DNA of 64,000 nt from Parasitella parasitica NRRL 2501 (lineage: Eukaryota; Fungi; Mucoromycota): contig MU619241.1 of assembly GCA_025201805.1 (NCBI GenBank), positions 11,649 through 75,648 of the forward strand, written 5' to 3'. Below are positions 50,601-64,000 of this stretch, in pieces. Each line of letters begins with the position of its first letter. Position 1 is the stretch's first letter. Under the pieces are notes generated by a model. It worked only from the letters and a program-made list of their open reading frames with translations. It had not been told where the DNA came from and did not search any database. A program made the position numbers and the translations under genes.

Positions 50601-52594
50601 CCAACTATAGCAAAAAGAAGTCTGAAGCCAACATAGACGAGAAACCCGCGCATCGTCATGCTCCTCAACCGCCATCTATTCCAGATCACTATATTCAAAA
50701 AGTAGTCGACGTCCTTTCCATGGGCGAATGCTCGAGCCATACGTTCAGGTCTACCATCAATGTTCTTTCCCGCCTGTCGCCTTTAGAGGGTGCAATGGAC
50801 ACTATCATTGATGGATTAACTAGCATTGCCAATACGTGTGGCAAGCAAATCATTGTTGACCTTCAGCAGCTGTACTTGATTTTGGATCATTTGAAGACTG
50901 GCGCTGAGCTGGAGGGCTCTGCACTAGCGCAGTTTTCTGCTGCTACTTCCCAGCAGGCTAGACTGCTGCGTGTGCTGAAGGCTATGGATTACTTGTACAC
51001 TCGCAACAACAAGCGCAATGTATCATCCGACCACGCCGAGCAAAATGAAAAGGCAGTGCTCAAGATTTATGACAAGTTGGACTTTTTACCGTTGTGGACA
51101 AAGCTCGGTGCCTGTCTTGCCTTGATCCAAGAGAGAGAAGATCTTTTGAACGTGGCCTCTGTTTTACTGCCGCTGGTGGAGTCATTCATGGCTGTTTCCA
51201 AGTATGTCGATAACAAGGGTTATGCTGCCAAGTCAAGCACAGAAACAGCAGATCCAGCCGAAGAATTCTTTTTCAGCTTTACTGAAGAGCACAAGAAGAT
51301 TCTCAACATCATGGTGCGCAACAATCCGTCTCTATTGGTCGGCTCCTTCTCACTACTGAACCATAATCCCAAGATCCTCGAATTTGACAATAAGCGAAAC
51401 TACTTTATACAACAGTTGCATAAACGCACTAATCGTCGTGAACAATACCCCTCGCTTCGGCTGACCTTGGATCGTGCCAATGTGTTCGAAGACACTTATC
51501 GTAAACTACAAGGTCTCACAGGCGATGAAATCAAGTATGGCAAGCTAAATGTTCATTTCTATGGAGAAGAAGGCGTAGATGCAGGTGGTGTTGCTCGCGA
51601 ATGGTTTTCTGTGCTTGCTCGTCAAATGTTTGACCCCAACTATGCGCTTTTTATCACTTCTGCTGCTGATAAGCTTACCTATCAGCCCAACAGAGCTTCT
51701 GGTGTCAATTCAGAGCATTTGAGCTACTTCAAGTGTGTGGGTCGCATTATCGGTAAAGCTATCCATGATGGAAGGCTGCTGGATGCCTATTTTACTCGCT
51801 CTTTCTACAAATTAATGCTTGGCCGCTCCGTCGATTACCGCGATATTGAGGCTGTGGATCCCGCCTATTACAAGAGTTTGGTGTGGATGCTGGAAAATGA
51901 TATTACAGACATCATTGATCTCACATTTAGTGTGGAAACGGACGATTTTGGCACCAACAAGATTATTGATCTGAAGCCAGATGGACGAAATATCCCAGTT
52001 ACCGAAGAAAACAAGCACGAATATGTAACCTTGGTCATTGAGCAGAAATTAGTACTTGCCATCAAAGACCAAGTTAATGCTTTCCTCGAGGGTTTCCACG
52101 ACATCATCCCTGCCGCTCTGATTCAGATCTTTAACGAGCAGGAATTAGAGCTACTCATTTCTGGCTTACCGGACATCGATATTGATGAGTGGAAGGCCAA
52201 CACTGTATACCAGGGCTACACTCTTTCTTCGCCTCAAATCCAGTGGTTCTGGCGTGCTGTACGCTCTTTTGATCCAGAAGAAAGAGCTAAACTGCTGCAG
52301 TTCTCTACAGGCACATCAAAAGTGCCGTTGGAAGGATTTTCACAACTGCAAGGCTCAAATGGTGTTCAAAAATTTCAAATTCACAAGGAATTTGGTGATG
52401 TAAATCGTTTGCCGTCTGCTCACACATGGTAAGTGTGCGACGTTTTGTTGTTTCGCTTGTTTGTTATTCACTTACTTCTTATCTCATTTAGTTTTAATCA
52501 AATCGATCTGCCTCAATATTTGACTTACGAAGACCTGCGATCAAATCTTTTTAAAGCGATTAGTGAGTGCTCAACTGGATTCGCTTTCCAATAA
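41680..52594 (+). CDS. TOM1: Giant HECT E3 ubiquitin ligase Tom1/HUWE1, about 12-13 exons
   Basis: N-terminal WPFPRGDLFQF..LFENCTNRNIYNSYE, ANHGVL, GLRNLIESS and TFIHNEPTS, then UBA-like segments, an acidic disordered region and UBM repeats (EFLEALPDDLRAEV). The HECT domain has GEEGVDAGGVAREWF and LPSAHTC, with the catalytic Cys codon split by the last intron, and ends GFAFQ. Confidence 0.95.
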
Positions 52595-53950
52595 TAACAA
52601 TAAAGTGCAATTTTCAACATGTTCTTTAGCATCATTGACTAATAGATACAGACTCAAGAGTGGACGGCCTTTTAAATCATACTGCTAACTTCCACTCGCC
52701 TTTTGTTCTTATTTGCCATCTTTGGAAACCTTTTGATCTTGCGAGATTTTTTTTTTTTACCAAACTCGTCTAATTGATCGTCAAAAGTATATTAAAATAA
52801 AACATGCGACTAAATGTGCTCTATTCGATGGTTTATTTGATTTTTTCAATTTCGCAAAGGAGTAAGTTGAAACTATAAATAATACATATTTAGTTTAATT
52901 GCAGAAAAATTGATAAAGTTGATCTGCACTACCCAAACAAGTATTACCATTGTATAGTGAGAGTTTCTAGTAAACTTTTTCTCTAATTCACATTTTGGAA
53001 AAGAGTTTCTCTTTTCAAGTGAAATATGGCATTTTGTCAGAATTGAGTTTTCAGACGAAGTACCATAAGGCAGAAAAATGAAAAAAAAAAAAAAAATAAG
53101 TTCAAATTTGCATCTAAATGATCCTTGTAGTCTAAAGTCATCGATTGGCATGCTTTTGTGAGTCGCAAATATCCATTAACTTGCGTGATTTCTTTGGCAT
53201 TCAGCGTATTTAAGCTACATATCTTCCATTCATAGGTGCAGTCAGGTTATACTAAGCAAAGTAGTAGCGTATTCATCCCCGTGCATACCTTACCCAACAA
53301 GATAAACAAGGGTTTTTGATAGTAGGACGTCTCCAGCAATCCGCATATTTGCCGCCCAGAAAGTGGTGCCAAATACTCTCGATGATGCTTTGAATAGTTG
53401 TAGAATACCCAGAGTATTTGTAGTGCATAGTTGCCGATTCTACGTTCCATGGCCTTGATAACTCTACCTCGACCTTTTCTTTTATATCTCTTTTAGAGGT
53501 ATAATAACCGAGCAAATCTTTTCAAGATAGTGCAGATCTATTCAGCTTTCGGCTGGTAAATTTTGTCCGTTTCGAAAATACTTGGCGGTTATCCCCATTT
53601 GGTCTACAAGTTAACATGTATATTTTAATTTAGTAGCATTGAAATATTCCAAGTATAAAGCGCATATAGTAGACCACGTTATTTTAATAAAAAACTAGCG
53701 ATAGATATGCCCTAATTATCTAACTACTGCTATCTGGTCTAATTGGTGAACTATTGATTTGCAAATGCCTTGATTTTTTGATGTAAATCTGTGGCAATTT
53801 GATTAGGGAGATAGCCCAAAACGATAATCATTTGCTAACGCTGTACCCACTCCGCTTTTATTGACCCTATTCTTGTTTTTATTTTACCCTTTTTTCCCCC
53901 TCTCTTTCTCTCTACTATCCTCTCTTTTTGTCTCTATCCATTTACTAAAG

Positions 53951-56900
53951 ATGAGTGCGATGCGTGGTTTGACAGTGTTCATTGGTAAGTGTCTTGTTAC
54001 ACTCTAATTACCCTTTTTACTAATCATGCTTTCCATACATAGCCGACATACGAAAATGTACAGTAATGTTGTATTTTGTTGGTCTGCATTTGTTGATTTA
54101 TTGAAATCTAACTAGGTCGAGTTCGAGAGTTAGAAGAAAAGAGAATTAACAAAGAAATGGCCAATATTAGATCTAAATTCAAAGGTAATGCCGTTGTAAG
54201 GTGCACGTCTTGACTCTGACACTCAACATTATACCAGAGGGTAATTTGAATGGCTACCAAAAGAAAAAGTACGTATGCAAGCTCTTGTACATGTACATCC
54301 TCGGTTGGGAGATCGATTTCGGTCATCTTGAAGCCGTGAATCTTATTTCTAGTCAAAAATACAGCGAAAAACAGATTGTGAGTCTGGCTGTGGAGCGTCG
54401 CTACTATCAGATGGCTCATGCGCATTTCATTATGTAGGGCTATTTGGCAGTTACACTTTTATTTCACGAGAACAGCGACCTAGTGCGACTTGTTGTCAAC
54501 TCTACAAAGAAGGATTTGGACGATATGAACGAGATTAACAACTGTCTGGCTCTACATGCCATTGCTAATATTGGCGGTCGAGAAATGGCTGAAAGCCTTG
54601 CCGTGGACGTTCATCGACTACTGGTCTCGCCGTAAGGAGTTTCTATGGATACAGGAAACATGGGTATTTATTTTTTTTTATTGTAGCACGTCAAAGAGTT
54701 TTGTTAAGAAAAAGGCGGCATTGACCTTGCTGCGTCTTTTCCGCAAGCATCCAGATGTAATTCCTGTTACTGACTGGGCCGAAAGGATCATTGCTTTGAT
54801 GGATGAGTTTGATTTGGTACGTAATAACACATTGGCCGAGCTCAGTGAGATGTTGATCAAAAAGCGTATCAATTAGGGCGTTGCCCTGAGCGTCACCACA
54901 CTAGTTCTTGCTCTAGCACAAAGTTTCCCAGTTGAATACAGCGGATGTTACGAGAAAGCAGTTAATCGGCTGAAGAATATTTTGGTCGAAAGGGACTACA
55001 GTTTGGATTATATCTATTACAAAGTGCCTACACCTTGGCTGCAAGTCAAATGCCTGCGTCTTTTGCAGTATTACCCTCCTCCAGAGGACGCCAAATTTCG
55101 TTCAGATATTAGCGAGCTCTTGCAGATAATCATTTCAAATTCTCAAGACTCACCAAAGAACGTGCAACATAGCAATGCACAAAACGCAGTGCTGTTTGAA
55201 GCCATTAACCTCGCCATTCATCTCGATAGCAACTCCAGCATTTGCGCTCAAGCAGCAGCACTTTTAGGCCGGTTTATCTCGAGTAAAGAGACCAATGTCA
55301 GATATCTTGGTTTAGAGACGATGGCGCATTTGGCAGCTTGTGTCGATTCGCTTGAACCCATCAAAAGACACCAGGAAACTATTTTGCTGTCTCTTCGCGA
55401 CAAGGATATTAGTGTTCGCAGACGTGGTTTAGACTTGCTGTATTCCATGTGCGATACATCTAATGCAAAGATTGTCGTATCAGAACTATTACGCTATCTT
55501 CAAGTGGCAGACTATGCCATGAGAGAGGAGATGGTGTTGAAGATTGCTATTTTGGCAGAGAAATTTGCGTCTACTTACTCATGGTACGTAGACATCATTT
55601 TACAGTTGATATCTACAGCCGGTGAGCAAGTTGGTGAGGAAGTCTGGTTCCGTGTTGTTCAAATCGTTACCAACAATGAAGAGTTACAAGAGTACGCAGC
55701 CAAAACCGTGCTAAACTACTTGGGATCGCCTCAGTACAACGAAACTATGGTCAAAGTAGGTGGCTACATTCTTGGTGAGTTTGGCCATCTGATTGCAAAC
55801 ATCGCTGGCTGTAGTCCTATCGAGCAGTTCAACGCTGTTCATGCCAAGTTTAACCTCTGCTCCTTACAAACCCGTGCTTTGCTATTGACCACCTATGTCA
55901 AATTCGTCAACCTCTTTCCAGAGATTAAGGGACAAGTGCTGCCTGTACTAAATCAATATAGATATGTGTTGGACGCAGAGCTCCAGCAGCGTGCTTGCGA
56001 ATACTTTTCAATTTCGACCATGCCCACTGACGATTTGTTGCAAACAGTCTGCGAAGAAATGCCTCCATTCCCTGAAAGAGAGTCCACGCTGCTGCTTAAA
56101 TTGAACCAAAAGCAAGGCGATACCGAAGATAAGCGTGTTTGGGTCATCGGTGGTCGAGAAGCCAATATGGAGCGTCAAGACAGCCTCAAGCGCATGGTAT
56201 CTGTTCGCTCCAGCTCTGCTGATAATTTTCACACTGCATCATCTACTGTGCCTGCCGCTATGCCCGCTCGTTCCAACACTATGCCTGTCGCCTCTGTTTC
56301 GCCGCTATCAGACGAACCTGATTTATTGAACTTTAACGATCTGTCATTAGATGGTACAGATAAGCCTCTTCAGATTTCCAACATAAATACCAGCACACCT
56401 CTGGCTCTGGGCTATGAACTTGGCTATCAGCTTTTGCAATACACTAGCGAGGGCGTCTTGTACGAAGACTCGCAGATGCAAGCCTCAATTAAATCCGAAT
56501 ACCATGGCTCACAGGGTCGCCTTGCGTTATATCTCACCAACAAGACACAATACATCATGTCTGATATCAATGTGATGCTGACACCCGCAGATGGTCTAGA
56601 GTCCAACCTGACGCCTTTGGAAGGCAATAATTTGCTCTCTGCAGGATCACAATTGCAGCGTTTAATTACGGTAGAATGCAATGATGTGTTCATTGATTCG
56701 CCTCATGTCTTTATTGCCTACACTGTCGGTCCTGAAACACAAGTTTTACACTTGAAACTGCCAGTCGTGCTGACCAAATTCCAAGAGCCCATCACTACAA
56801 TGGATGGCACCAACTTTTTCAAGAGATGGAACCAAATCGGCGGTCCTCCTCGAGAGAACCAGGTCATTTTCAAAAGCCAGGTGCCTATCCAACTGTCTAC

Positions 56901-57197
56901 AGCAGAGTCTTTACTACGAGATTTTGGTGTCGGGCTGCTAACGAGTGTAGATCCAAATCCAAACAACTTTGTGGGCGCTGGTATTGTGGATTCTGGAAAA
57001 CAAGGTGGTAAAATTGGTATCTTGTTACGGCTGGAACCGAACTTGGAGCAAAATGTAAGTCTGCAAATCATGCTATTCCAACCACTGTTCTTACGACATT
57101 TCTATAGATGTATCGTCTCACTGTTAGAACACCCACAGAAGGTGCGTCGGCTGTTATTCGCGAGATTTTAGAAAGACCTCTTACTTTTGGTGCTTGA
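53951..57197 (+). CDS. APL3: AP-2 adaptor complex alpha subunit (alpha-adaptin), 8 exons
   Basis: [78 protein letters not shown] and [11 protein letters not shown]. The ear domain has [16 protein letters not shown] and LLRLEPN. Confidence 0.95.
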
Positions 57198-57411
57198 TAT
57201 AATTTTTATTACATGTATTGATAAATATACTACAAGAAAGAGACTCTCTCATTTACTAATGCTGCCATAAAACTAAGTCTAAAATAATATGAAAATGTGT
57301 GTGTATATATGACAAGCGGATAAGGAGATAATATAGCAACCAGAGAGAAGGCTGATCATTGGAAATATACATATAAAACTTGTGGTAATACAGAGAAAGT
57401 GAGGTGACAAA

Positions 57412-59208
57412 TCATGCATTGCCATCAGTTGATGTTGGCAACACGTTTGTATCAAATATAGGTGACCCAACCAGCGTAGAGGACAGTAAAGCTTCACCGC
57501 TACGATTTGTTCTGCCAAACGTTGATAAATGATTGCTGCTTACGTTGATGGCTTGAGCTGGGGTAGCAGAAGTTGTCGCTTCTTGGTCATCTGGAATAGA
57601 GACAAATGGCACAGGTGGTGTAATTGCATTGTCATTCGTGGCAGCTGAAGAAGGTGCTTGAAAATGAGGTTTGACAACAATGTCTTGATCATGGTTTTCT
57701 TCCAGATCGCTACTTATATTACTGTCGCTAGGATGCGATGACCCTTCAGTAACGTCTAAACGATGTCCCTCCTCGTCGTCTCCCAGCTCCTCTTCTTCAT
57801 TTAATTCCGGCACTGTATCGATAGCTGAAATACAAGATTGTTGCTGCTGCTGCTGCTGCTGTTGCTGTTGCTGTTGCTGTGGCTTTTGCTGTTGCTGCTG
57901 ATTTTCCTGTAAATCCTTGGCAGCGTTAATTGCATCCAATACTTCGTCTACTTCTACCGCGACACTAGCCTCCAAATCAAAGTAACTACGGCAGAGAGGG
58001 CATGAAAAACCTGGGTAATTCTGGAAAACAATGGGTCGAAGACACTTGAAGTGGAATATATGCGAACACGGAGCAATAAACAAAGCTTGGAAGGGAGCGA
58101 TGGCATACAAACAAATGCAGCATTCTTGGATATCAGCTCTAGACATGTCTGTTGGCATACGACTCACCATTTTCGACAAACGTACTGCATCTGAAGCATC
58201 TGATGCAGCAGCAACTGCAAAATTACTCGAATGTTCATGTACTTTGGTTGGTTCACGGTGAAGGCCTAAATCAGCTGGTTGAACAAGGTTCTCGTTAGTT
58301 GGTGATCCTGGTTGCTGTGGCGACGATGTTGTCGTGATGTTCGCACCAATAAGATGGCTTCTCAGCTGCTGAAATGCAGTGCGGGTGAATGGACTATTTG
58401 GGTTTTGTGATTGTCTGTTCAGCTCTACACGGATTCGAACAGCTCTGTAAATAGGCTCCAAACCACCCTGATAATCCACACCTAGTTGAATAGCATCTCC
58501 ATCTCTTACTTCGTGAGGTTGGCTAATATGACTAGGTGAGCTGAGTCTAATTCGGTTTAAAAATGTACCACTTGATGATCCAATATCACGAAGATACACC
58601 TACAACAGACACTAGCTCAATTAACCCACTCTCCAATGAAAAAAGAGCCAAAAGCCTACCTTGCCCTGGTCGGTCCACAGTTCAGCATGATTGCGACTTA
58701 CGACTTTGCTTTTGAACGACAATCTATCAGGAAGAGCATTTCTATCTGAAAAACGGCCAATTCGATACATGATGCCAGGCTCTAATTCTCGGTCGATAAT
58801 CTCAAACACAAAGCTGCGACTAGAAATTCCAACGTTGGGCACCAATCTTAAGCGTGGTCGTACTACATTACTCGAGTTTCCAGAATCAGCAGACTCTGCC
58901 GAAGGTCTGGAAGACGTAGCGTCATTGGACTGTTGCTGTTGCGAAGCAACTGCCTCTGAAGCGTTGTTGTTTTCTTGTGTTGAAGGAATAGGCGATGATG
59001 GACTTGAATTAGAAAGACGTCTATGAGCACGGCGAAGACTCTGAAATCCTCGAGTGATCAAAGCAGGAGGAGGAGAGCTGCTGGCTGATGCTGATGTTGA
59101 TGCGCTTCTGTTGCGGGGCATGTTGGTTGTTCTTGTTGCTGGTGTAAAATTGGTATTTGTTGGGGATAATTCTGATGGATTAGACGTCAAGACAGGATAC
59201 ATGTACAT
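57412..59208 (-). CDS. DMA1: FHA + RING-H2 E3 ubiquitin ligase (Dma1/Dma2 family), 2 exons; the start ATG could be 59208, 59202 or 59121
   Basis: FHA: RIGRFSDR..FKSKVVSRNHAE../YLRDIGSSSGTFLN..QLGVDYQGG. RING: CCICL..FQALFIAPCSHIFHFKC..FSCPLCR. Confidence 0.9.
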
Positions 59209-59314
59209 CCAGAAGCAAAGAGAACCAATAAATGAGGAAAGAGAAAGAGAAAGAAAAAAAAAAAAATAGAGTCAAGAGCAGCTTGGGATGCTAGCCGACT
59301 ACAATTTATATCAC

Positions 59315-59345
<31 letters not shown>

Positions 59346-60666
59346 AGAGACAAATCAACCTTGCAGCGGTATGGTTTCACTAGACAAACCAAATTCGACC
59401 AATCAAACTAGTGGGCCTTCTACTTCTTTGAGTTGGCAGTTGCTATCGTACGGATCAAAATAGATTGCTCATCAGTGTGAACCTGTTTTCTTGTGCACAA
59501 TTCAATCAGGCATGGGAAATGCCAATTGGAACCAATTAGAAATGTCGAAGGAATCGATCATAATACTGTCATAAGGGGCAAATAGCTTAATTGACAGCGG
59601 TCAGCCTCTTTGCCAACATCGATATCAATGACAACAGTATACGACTCTTCGGTTCTATTTTATTTTTCGGCAATTGTGATAACTGATTGGCAAAAAAAAA
59701 AAAAAAAGCTTGTTGTAAAATCTCGGATCTGCATTGTATTTGTATATAAATTACTAAGCTTGGCAAGGCATATCCACGTTTTTGGTAAATTATCGACTGC
59801 TTAAATAGTAAACCGTGCAGCATTTATGTTTGTTGGTATTTAGCATTTAATTTTGCCTAAATAAGCATTTGTTTTATAGGCTGACAATGTCATGCTATGT
59901 CTTTTTTCGAATCACGAAAGCACCTATGAATTTCAAACTTTACATGGATAGAAAATGACCTTAATTGCTCATGTCGCTCTCCATGAAAATTATGTCACTT
60001 TCAGATAGTAAAAGGCGCGCCATGATGTCATGTACCGTATATAGGCTCATTTGTAATCAATGCATTCTACCCATGACCTTTGTAAAGCATTGCACTTTGG
60101 CATAAACCAACCTCTCCAGCTTGGTTTTGACAGCTGCCATGTATTCCTTATAAAATACAGGAACAACATATTATTTCCCGCCTTGAAATGAGCCATTTTA
60201 TTTATGGGATATTCTCTCACCGGTAGCTTCATCATGCTTTTCAAGTCTTTTGTTCCTTGTCTGTATATTACCAACCTTTTGCTTTTGCTTGAACAATCTT
60301 TTGCTTCTTGCTCTAAATTCTTTGGCTCGTTTACTGATTCGTCTGGTCCCTACAACAGTTTATTTTCTTTTGCTTCTAACTTTAGGGTTATATACCAATT
60401 AGATCATTGAGATGAAGAAAAGAGTCGAATATACAGCAAGCTGCAAATGCCACGTCTAAATTTATTACATGCTGATACGTAAGGGATAGTAGGAAAGCAA
60501 AAATGTTACAGGAATTGTATGCAAGATATGAGACTATAAAAGAAAAAGACTAAAATGTACAGAAAATCAGAAATCAGTCCAGATCCAAGATCAATTAGTT
60601 TGCTTCATCCATGCTGATGATGCTCACTAACAGACAAAAATTCATTAGTACTTTTTTTTTTTTCTT

Positions 60667-61783
60667 TTAATCATCAACAGTACCTCCTTGCTTTACATAA
60701 AGTGGGCATTTGATTTGTGTCAATGCTTTAGTGCGAACGTTCATTGCTGTCAACTCATTGCCATAGACACATCCAGTGTCGAGCCCAAATGTGTAATTTT
60801 TCAAATTTAATCCTCGGCTGGCATCGTGCCCATAAAATATCTCTGTGTTGTCTAATGTCAAGCTTTGTTGCTTTTCGTTCCAAACAGTGCCCCACTGGGT
60901 ACCAACATTGTTTTCAGGAGTAGGTCCGTTCACGTCAATGTCTCTCATGTTCATGACTAAATAAGGAATTTGGTCTTCCAGTGATGAGATGTTTGGGTCT
61001 AAACCACCGTGGACTACAACCGCATCGTTCAGAAATGGCAGATGCAACATAACTGGGCACGCTGCTAAATAGTCATAATCTTCTTGGGTCAAATTCCTAG
61101 CCATAAAAAAAAAGTGTTAACATCTACCCCAAGGATTGCCGTCAAAATCCAAACACTTACTTTGCAATTGCAACATGGTAGTTTTTGAATTTCAAGGGAT
61201 CTGGAACATTTCCCTCGGGCATTGTAGCACTGACAGGATACATTGCATTCTCACCCTTTTCGAGCTCATATGTCTTTAATCGAATCACTTTATCGTCATG
61301 ATTGCCACGCACACAGAGGGCACCCAGTTCTTTAGCTCTACGAATCACACCAACACTATCCGGCCCCTTTGCAATAAGATCGCCTGCGAGAATTAGTTGG
61401 TCTGTTGATTGATTAAAGTTGAGTTTGGTTATCAGCTTATCCAGTTCGTTAACGCAGCCATGTACATCGCCAACAACATAGATGTTCTCCTTCTGTTTCA
61501 AAGATTCGTCGTTATTGGTCACAATCGTCGTCATGTGCGCATAGGGTGAGATGGGATACTGGCTATTGCTTGTGCCATTGTTATCATTGCTTCCACTGCT
61601 TTTGTTTTTGTTATGCTGTGTCACAACTACAGAGACAACTACGACAATAATAATTACAACTATAATTGCAACGCCAATTGCTATCCATTTCCACATGCGT
61701 TTTTGTTTGTCCGTCTTTTCGTTTCTTGGGATAGCATCAACATAATCAATGCTGTTGTTGTCAAACCTACTGAATTGCGTCAT
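60667..61783 (-). CDS. Type II membrane PPP-family metallophosphoesterase (Ppn2/ApaH-like, probable vacuolar endopolyphosphatase), 2 exons
   Basis: TM helix WIAIGVAIIVVIIIVVVVSVVV and motifs VVGDVHGC, AGDLIAKGPDS, VRGNHD, VVHGG, FYGHDA and GLDTGCVYG. Confidence 0.85.
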
Positions 61784-63804
61784 ATCCTGTTTGCAACCAA
61801 AGAAAGAGATAAAGAAAAGCTTTAGAAACAATGGAGATGACCTACGTTTTTATGGTCCAGAAGTTGCAAAGTGACTGGCTACGTTTCTCCACCCATTGCA
61901 ACAATCGCTCGGAAGCACCAAAAACCTCCCAAATGGCATCAAATCTCATTGCTAGCACAGATCGTGTTGGGCTTTGGGATGTGATCTTTTTTCTTTTTTT
62001 GGTGTTAAGCCTGCCACGAATATGGTATGGCATATGCAATACAAGTTTTTCTATTTGTCCCTGGCAATATGTTTTCTCTACTACAACCAGACTTTATTCA
62101 TTTATGACAAAGATGATGCTACCATTTTGATAATAAAGACCAAAGCTTGAACTATTGTATAATTGATTCACTTTATTGGTATCATTGGAAGAGTATACAG
62201 TATAAATCATATTAAAAGGGTCGCTCAGTAACCCTCAATTCCCAGGTACATGTAAGCTATAATAAAGAAACCTGTGCTATTATAATACGTTTTACATGTT
62301 GCCGTATCCTTTTGCTATATATTTAACATTTCGAATAATGTATAAATCCGCTTGCCGGTAAATCGTAGCAAAACTTGGCGAAAAAGACTATACTGATCAA
62401 GTTTGATCCAACTTTTTCTTGAGACAAGGGCTGAAAGTAGAGCCGAATCAAACATTCTTTATACGGTATGTGCACACAACGTGTTCCAATTTGCGCGATT
62501 TCAAATAATTTTGCATAGGATTCAGCTGAATTGTCGTCAAGTGGATGCTGGATGAAGAGCCAAGACTGGAAATAAACTGCTATCACATACAGTATCTTAG
62601 AGGAAGGGTTCAATTAGTTCAAGTGGTTATTGAGTCTTGACGTTTTATTTGGGACTAACTTGAAGACATAAATTAAGTGTACTACTGTCATTTTGCAGTT
62701 TTTGAAAAAATGTTCAAGTAAATGATAAAGGTCATGGTAATTGTGGTAATACTTCTGATGAAAGCTAAGAACCTTGTGAGGGAAGAGAAATGTCTCCCTA
62801 AAAAGATTACAAGTGGGAATTTCCATATTTAGAGAAAAATATTTATTGCTTTGTTTTGTTCATAATGAAAATAAAAAGAGAATGTGTTGTAGATTAAGCT
62901 ATCTTTATGTTCAAGGTAATCGTTAAAAAAAATTTACGGTGATATATTGGTGATTCTGCGTTTAAATGTGTCTGTAGACTTTGGATCAAAAACCTTTAAT
63001 TGGTTTCAGGAACGGAGAACAAGGTTGAAGATAACACATTTATGTCCTTGGGATATCATAAATTTCTATACAGATAATTTTTTATGAATGTGTGTGTTAT
63101 TCTGGTGGCAGATTGCTTCCTTTTTTCTGGCATTTCCTTATACCTTCAGTTTATCTGAAGCTTTTTATTGTAGAAGGCCTTGTCAGATAAGTAACAAGCT
63201 GGGTTCTCAATATCCAGTTGCACAGAAGAGCAGCTAGTCAAACCTATATTATCTTTTCCATAATATTGGAACGATCAAAACTGTGCATCTTTGTAAAGCC
63301 AGCGTAGACTTTAGGCGTCTGATTTTTTTTGTGTAATATATGCGAACTTCAGTGTGTCTTTGTCAGAAAAAAGACAAAAATTGTAAGAAAACAATGTTTA
63401 GTAATCCCAAACACAAAGAAAATTAATTCAAAGTAAAGCATTAGACTATAAGACACTTTTTGAATACATGTTTTCATTGCTTAGAGCTAATTTTTGTACT
63501 TTTTAAGTTGACATCAGATGAAGGTAGCGACTTTTTTGACTTTTTACGGAAAATTATTCTTCAAAATCGGAGCGTGAGATCGTCAGGCCAGGCACAGACA
63601 TGCAAGTATTACCATTAGAAAGCCAAGAAGCATACAATTTGAATAAACTAGTTTGAAATTGTTTTTCTTATGATTTGGTTAAGCTATGGCTCCTCAAAGC
63701 TAGCACTTTCTTCAAAAAACACAATTTTTCTTTGATAGCGGAGATTTAACGCTTTCAAAATCTGGAAAAAAAAAATTCTTTCAGAAACTCAATTTGGACT
63801 TTTC

Positions 63805-64000
63805 ATGTCTTCTTCCACAACCAAACAGACCTTTACCTTGGGCAAAAACCCTAAAGCCTCGGGTACCAAATCACTTGATCCCCACCGCTCATGGTCTAAT
63901 GTAGCCGCGGGAAAGATCCTGTCTTGCCACAGTTCTCAACAAACAGTTGCCAACGGATCCAAACCTACATCCTCGAAGCCTAAAAGTGGCCTAGCACCCC
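63805..64000 (+). mobile_element. Open frame running off the window; possible 5' end of a non-LTR retrotransposon ORF1
   Basis: ATG at 63805 opens 65 codons with no stop (MSSSTTKQ..PHRSWSNVAAGK..) and GC rises relative to the flank. SW.xVAA motifs are common near the N-terminus of LINE ORF1/gag-like proteins. Confidence 0.3.

Overview
Intron-rich, AT-rich eukaryotic DNA with short (about 45-80 nt) introns and a gene set typical of a Mucorales fungus (taxon inferred from gene and intron style). It holds 16 supportable protein-coding genes: GYP1/TBC1D22 Rab-GAP, VWA8, an Nrg1-type C2H2 factor, RAX2 with a C-terminal SH3, an SH3-WW-PH-RhoGAP, pantothenate kinase, SHQ1, a degenerate LaeA-like methyltransferase, a ZC4H2 homolog without its zinc finger, mitoribosomal bL35m, an F-box protein, an RNF181-like RING E3, a C2H2+DUF3020 factor, TOM1/HUWE1, AP-2 alpha-adaptin, DMA1, plus a Ppn2-like phosphoesterase as a 17th. 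Intergenic DNA carries decayed Tc1/IS630 and Helitron remnants and possibly the start of a LINE ORF1 at the right edge. I found no rRNA, tRNA or CRISPR array. The most notable observations are an extremely compact SHQ1/methyltransferase/ZC4H2/bL35m block (gaps of 13, 57 and 161 nt), a GC-rich intergenic island with nested stems and a possible pseudoknot (about 15.7-16.0 kb), several animal-like domain architectures, 8-22 nt microexons and three frame-required GC-AG introns. Exon boundaries were deduced by hand and family calls come from recalled motifs, not database searches. No new biological system is proven by the sequence alone.
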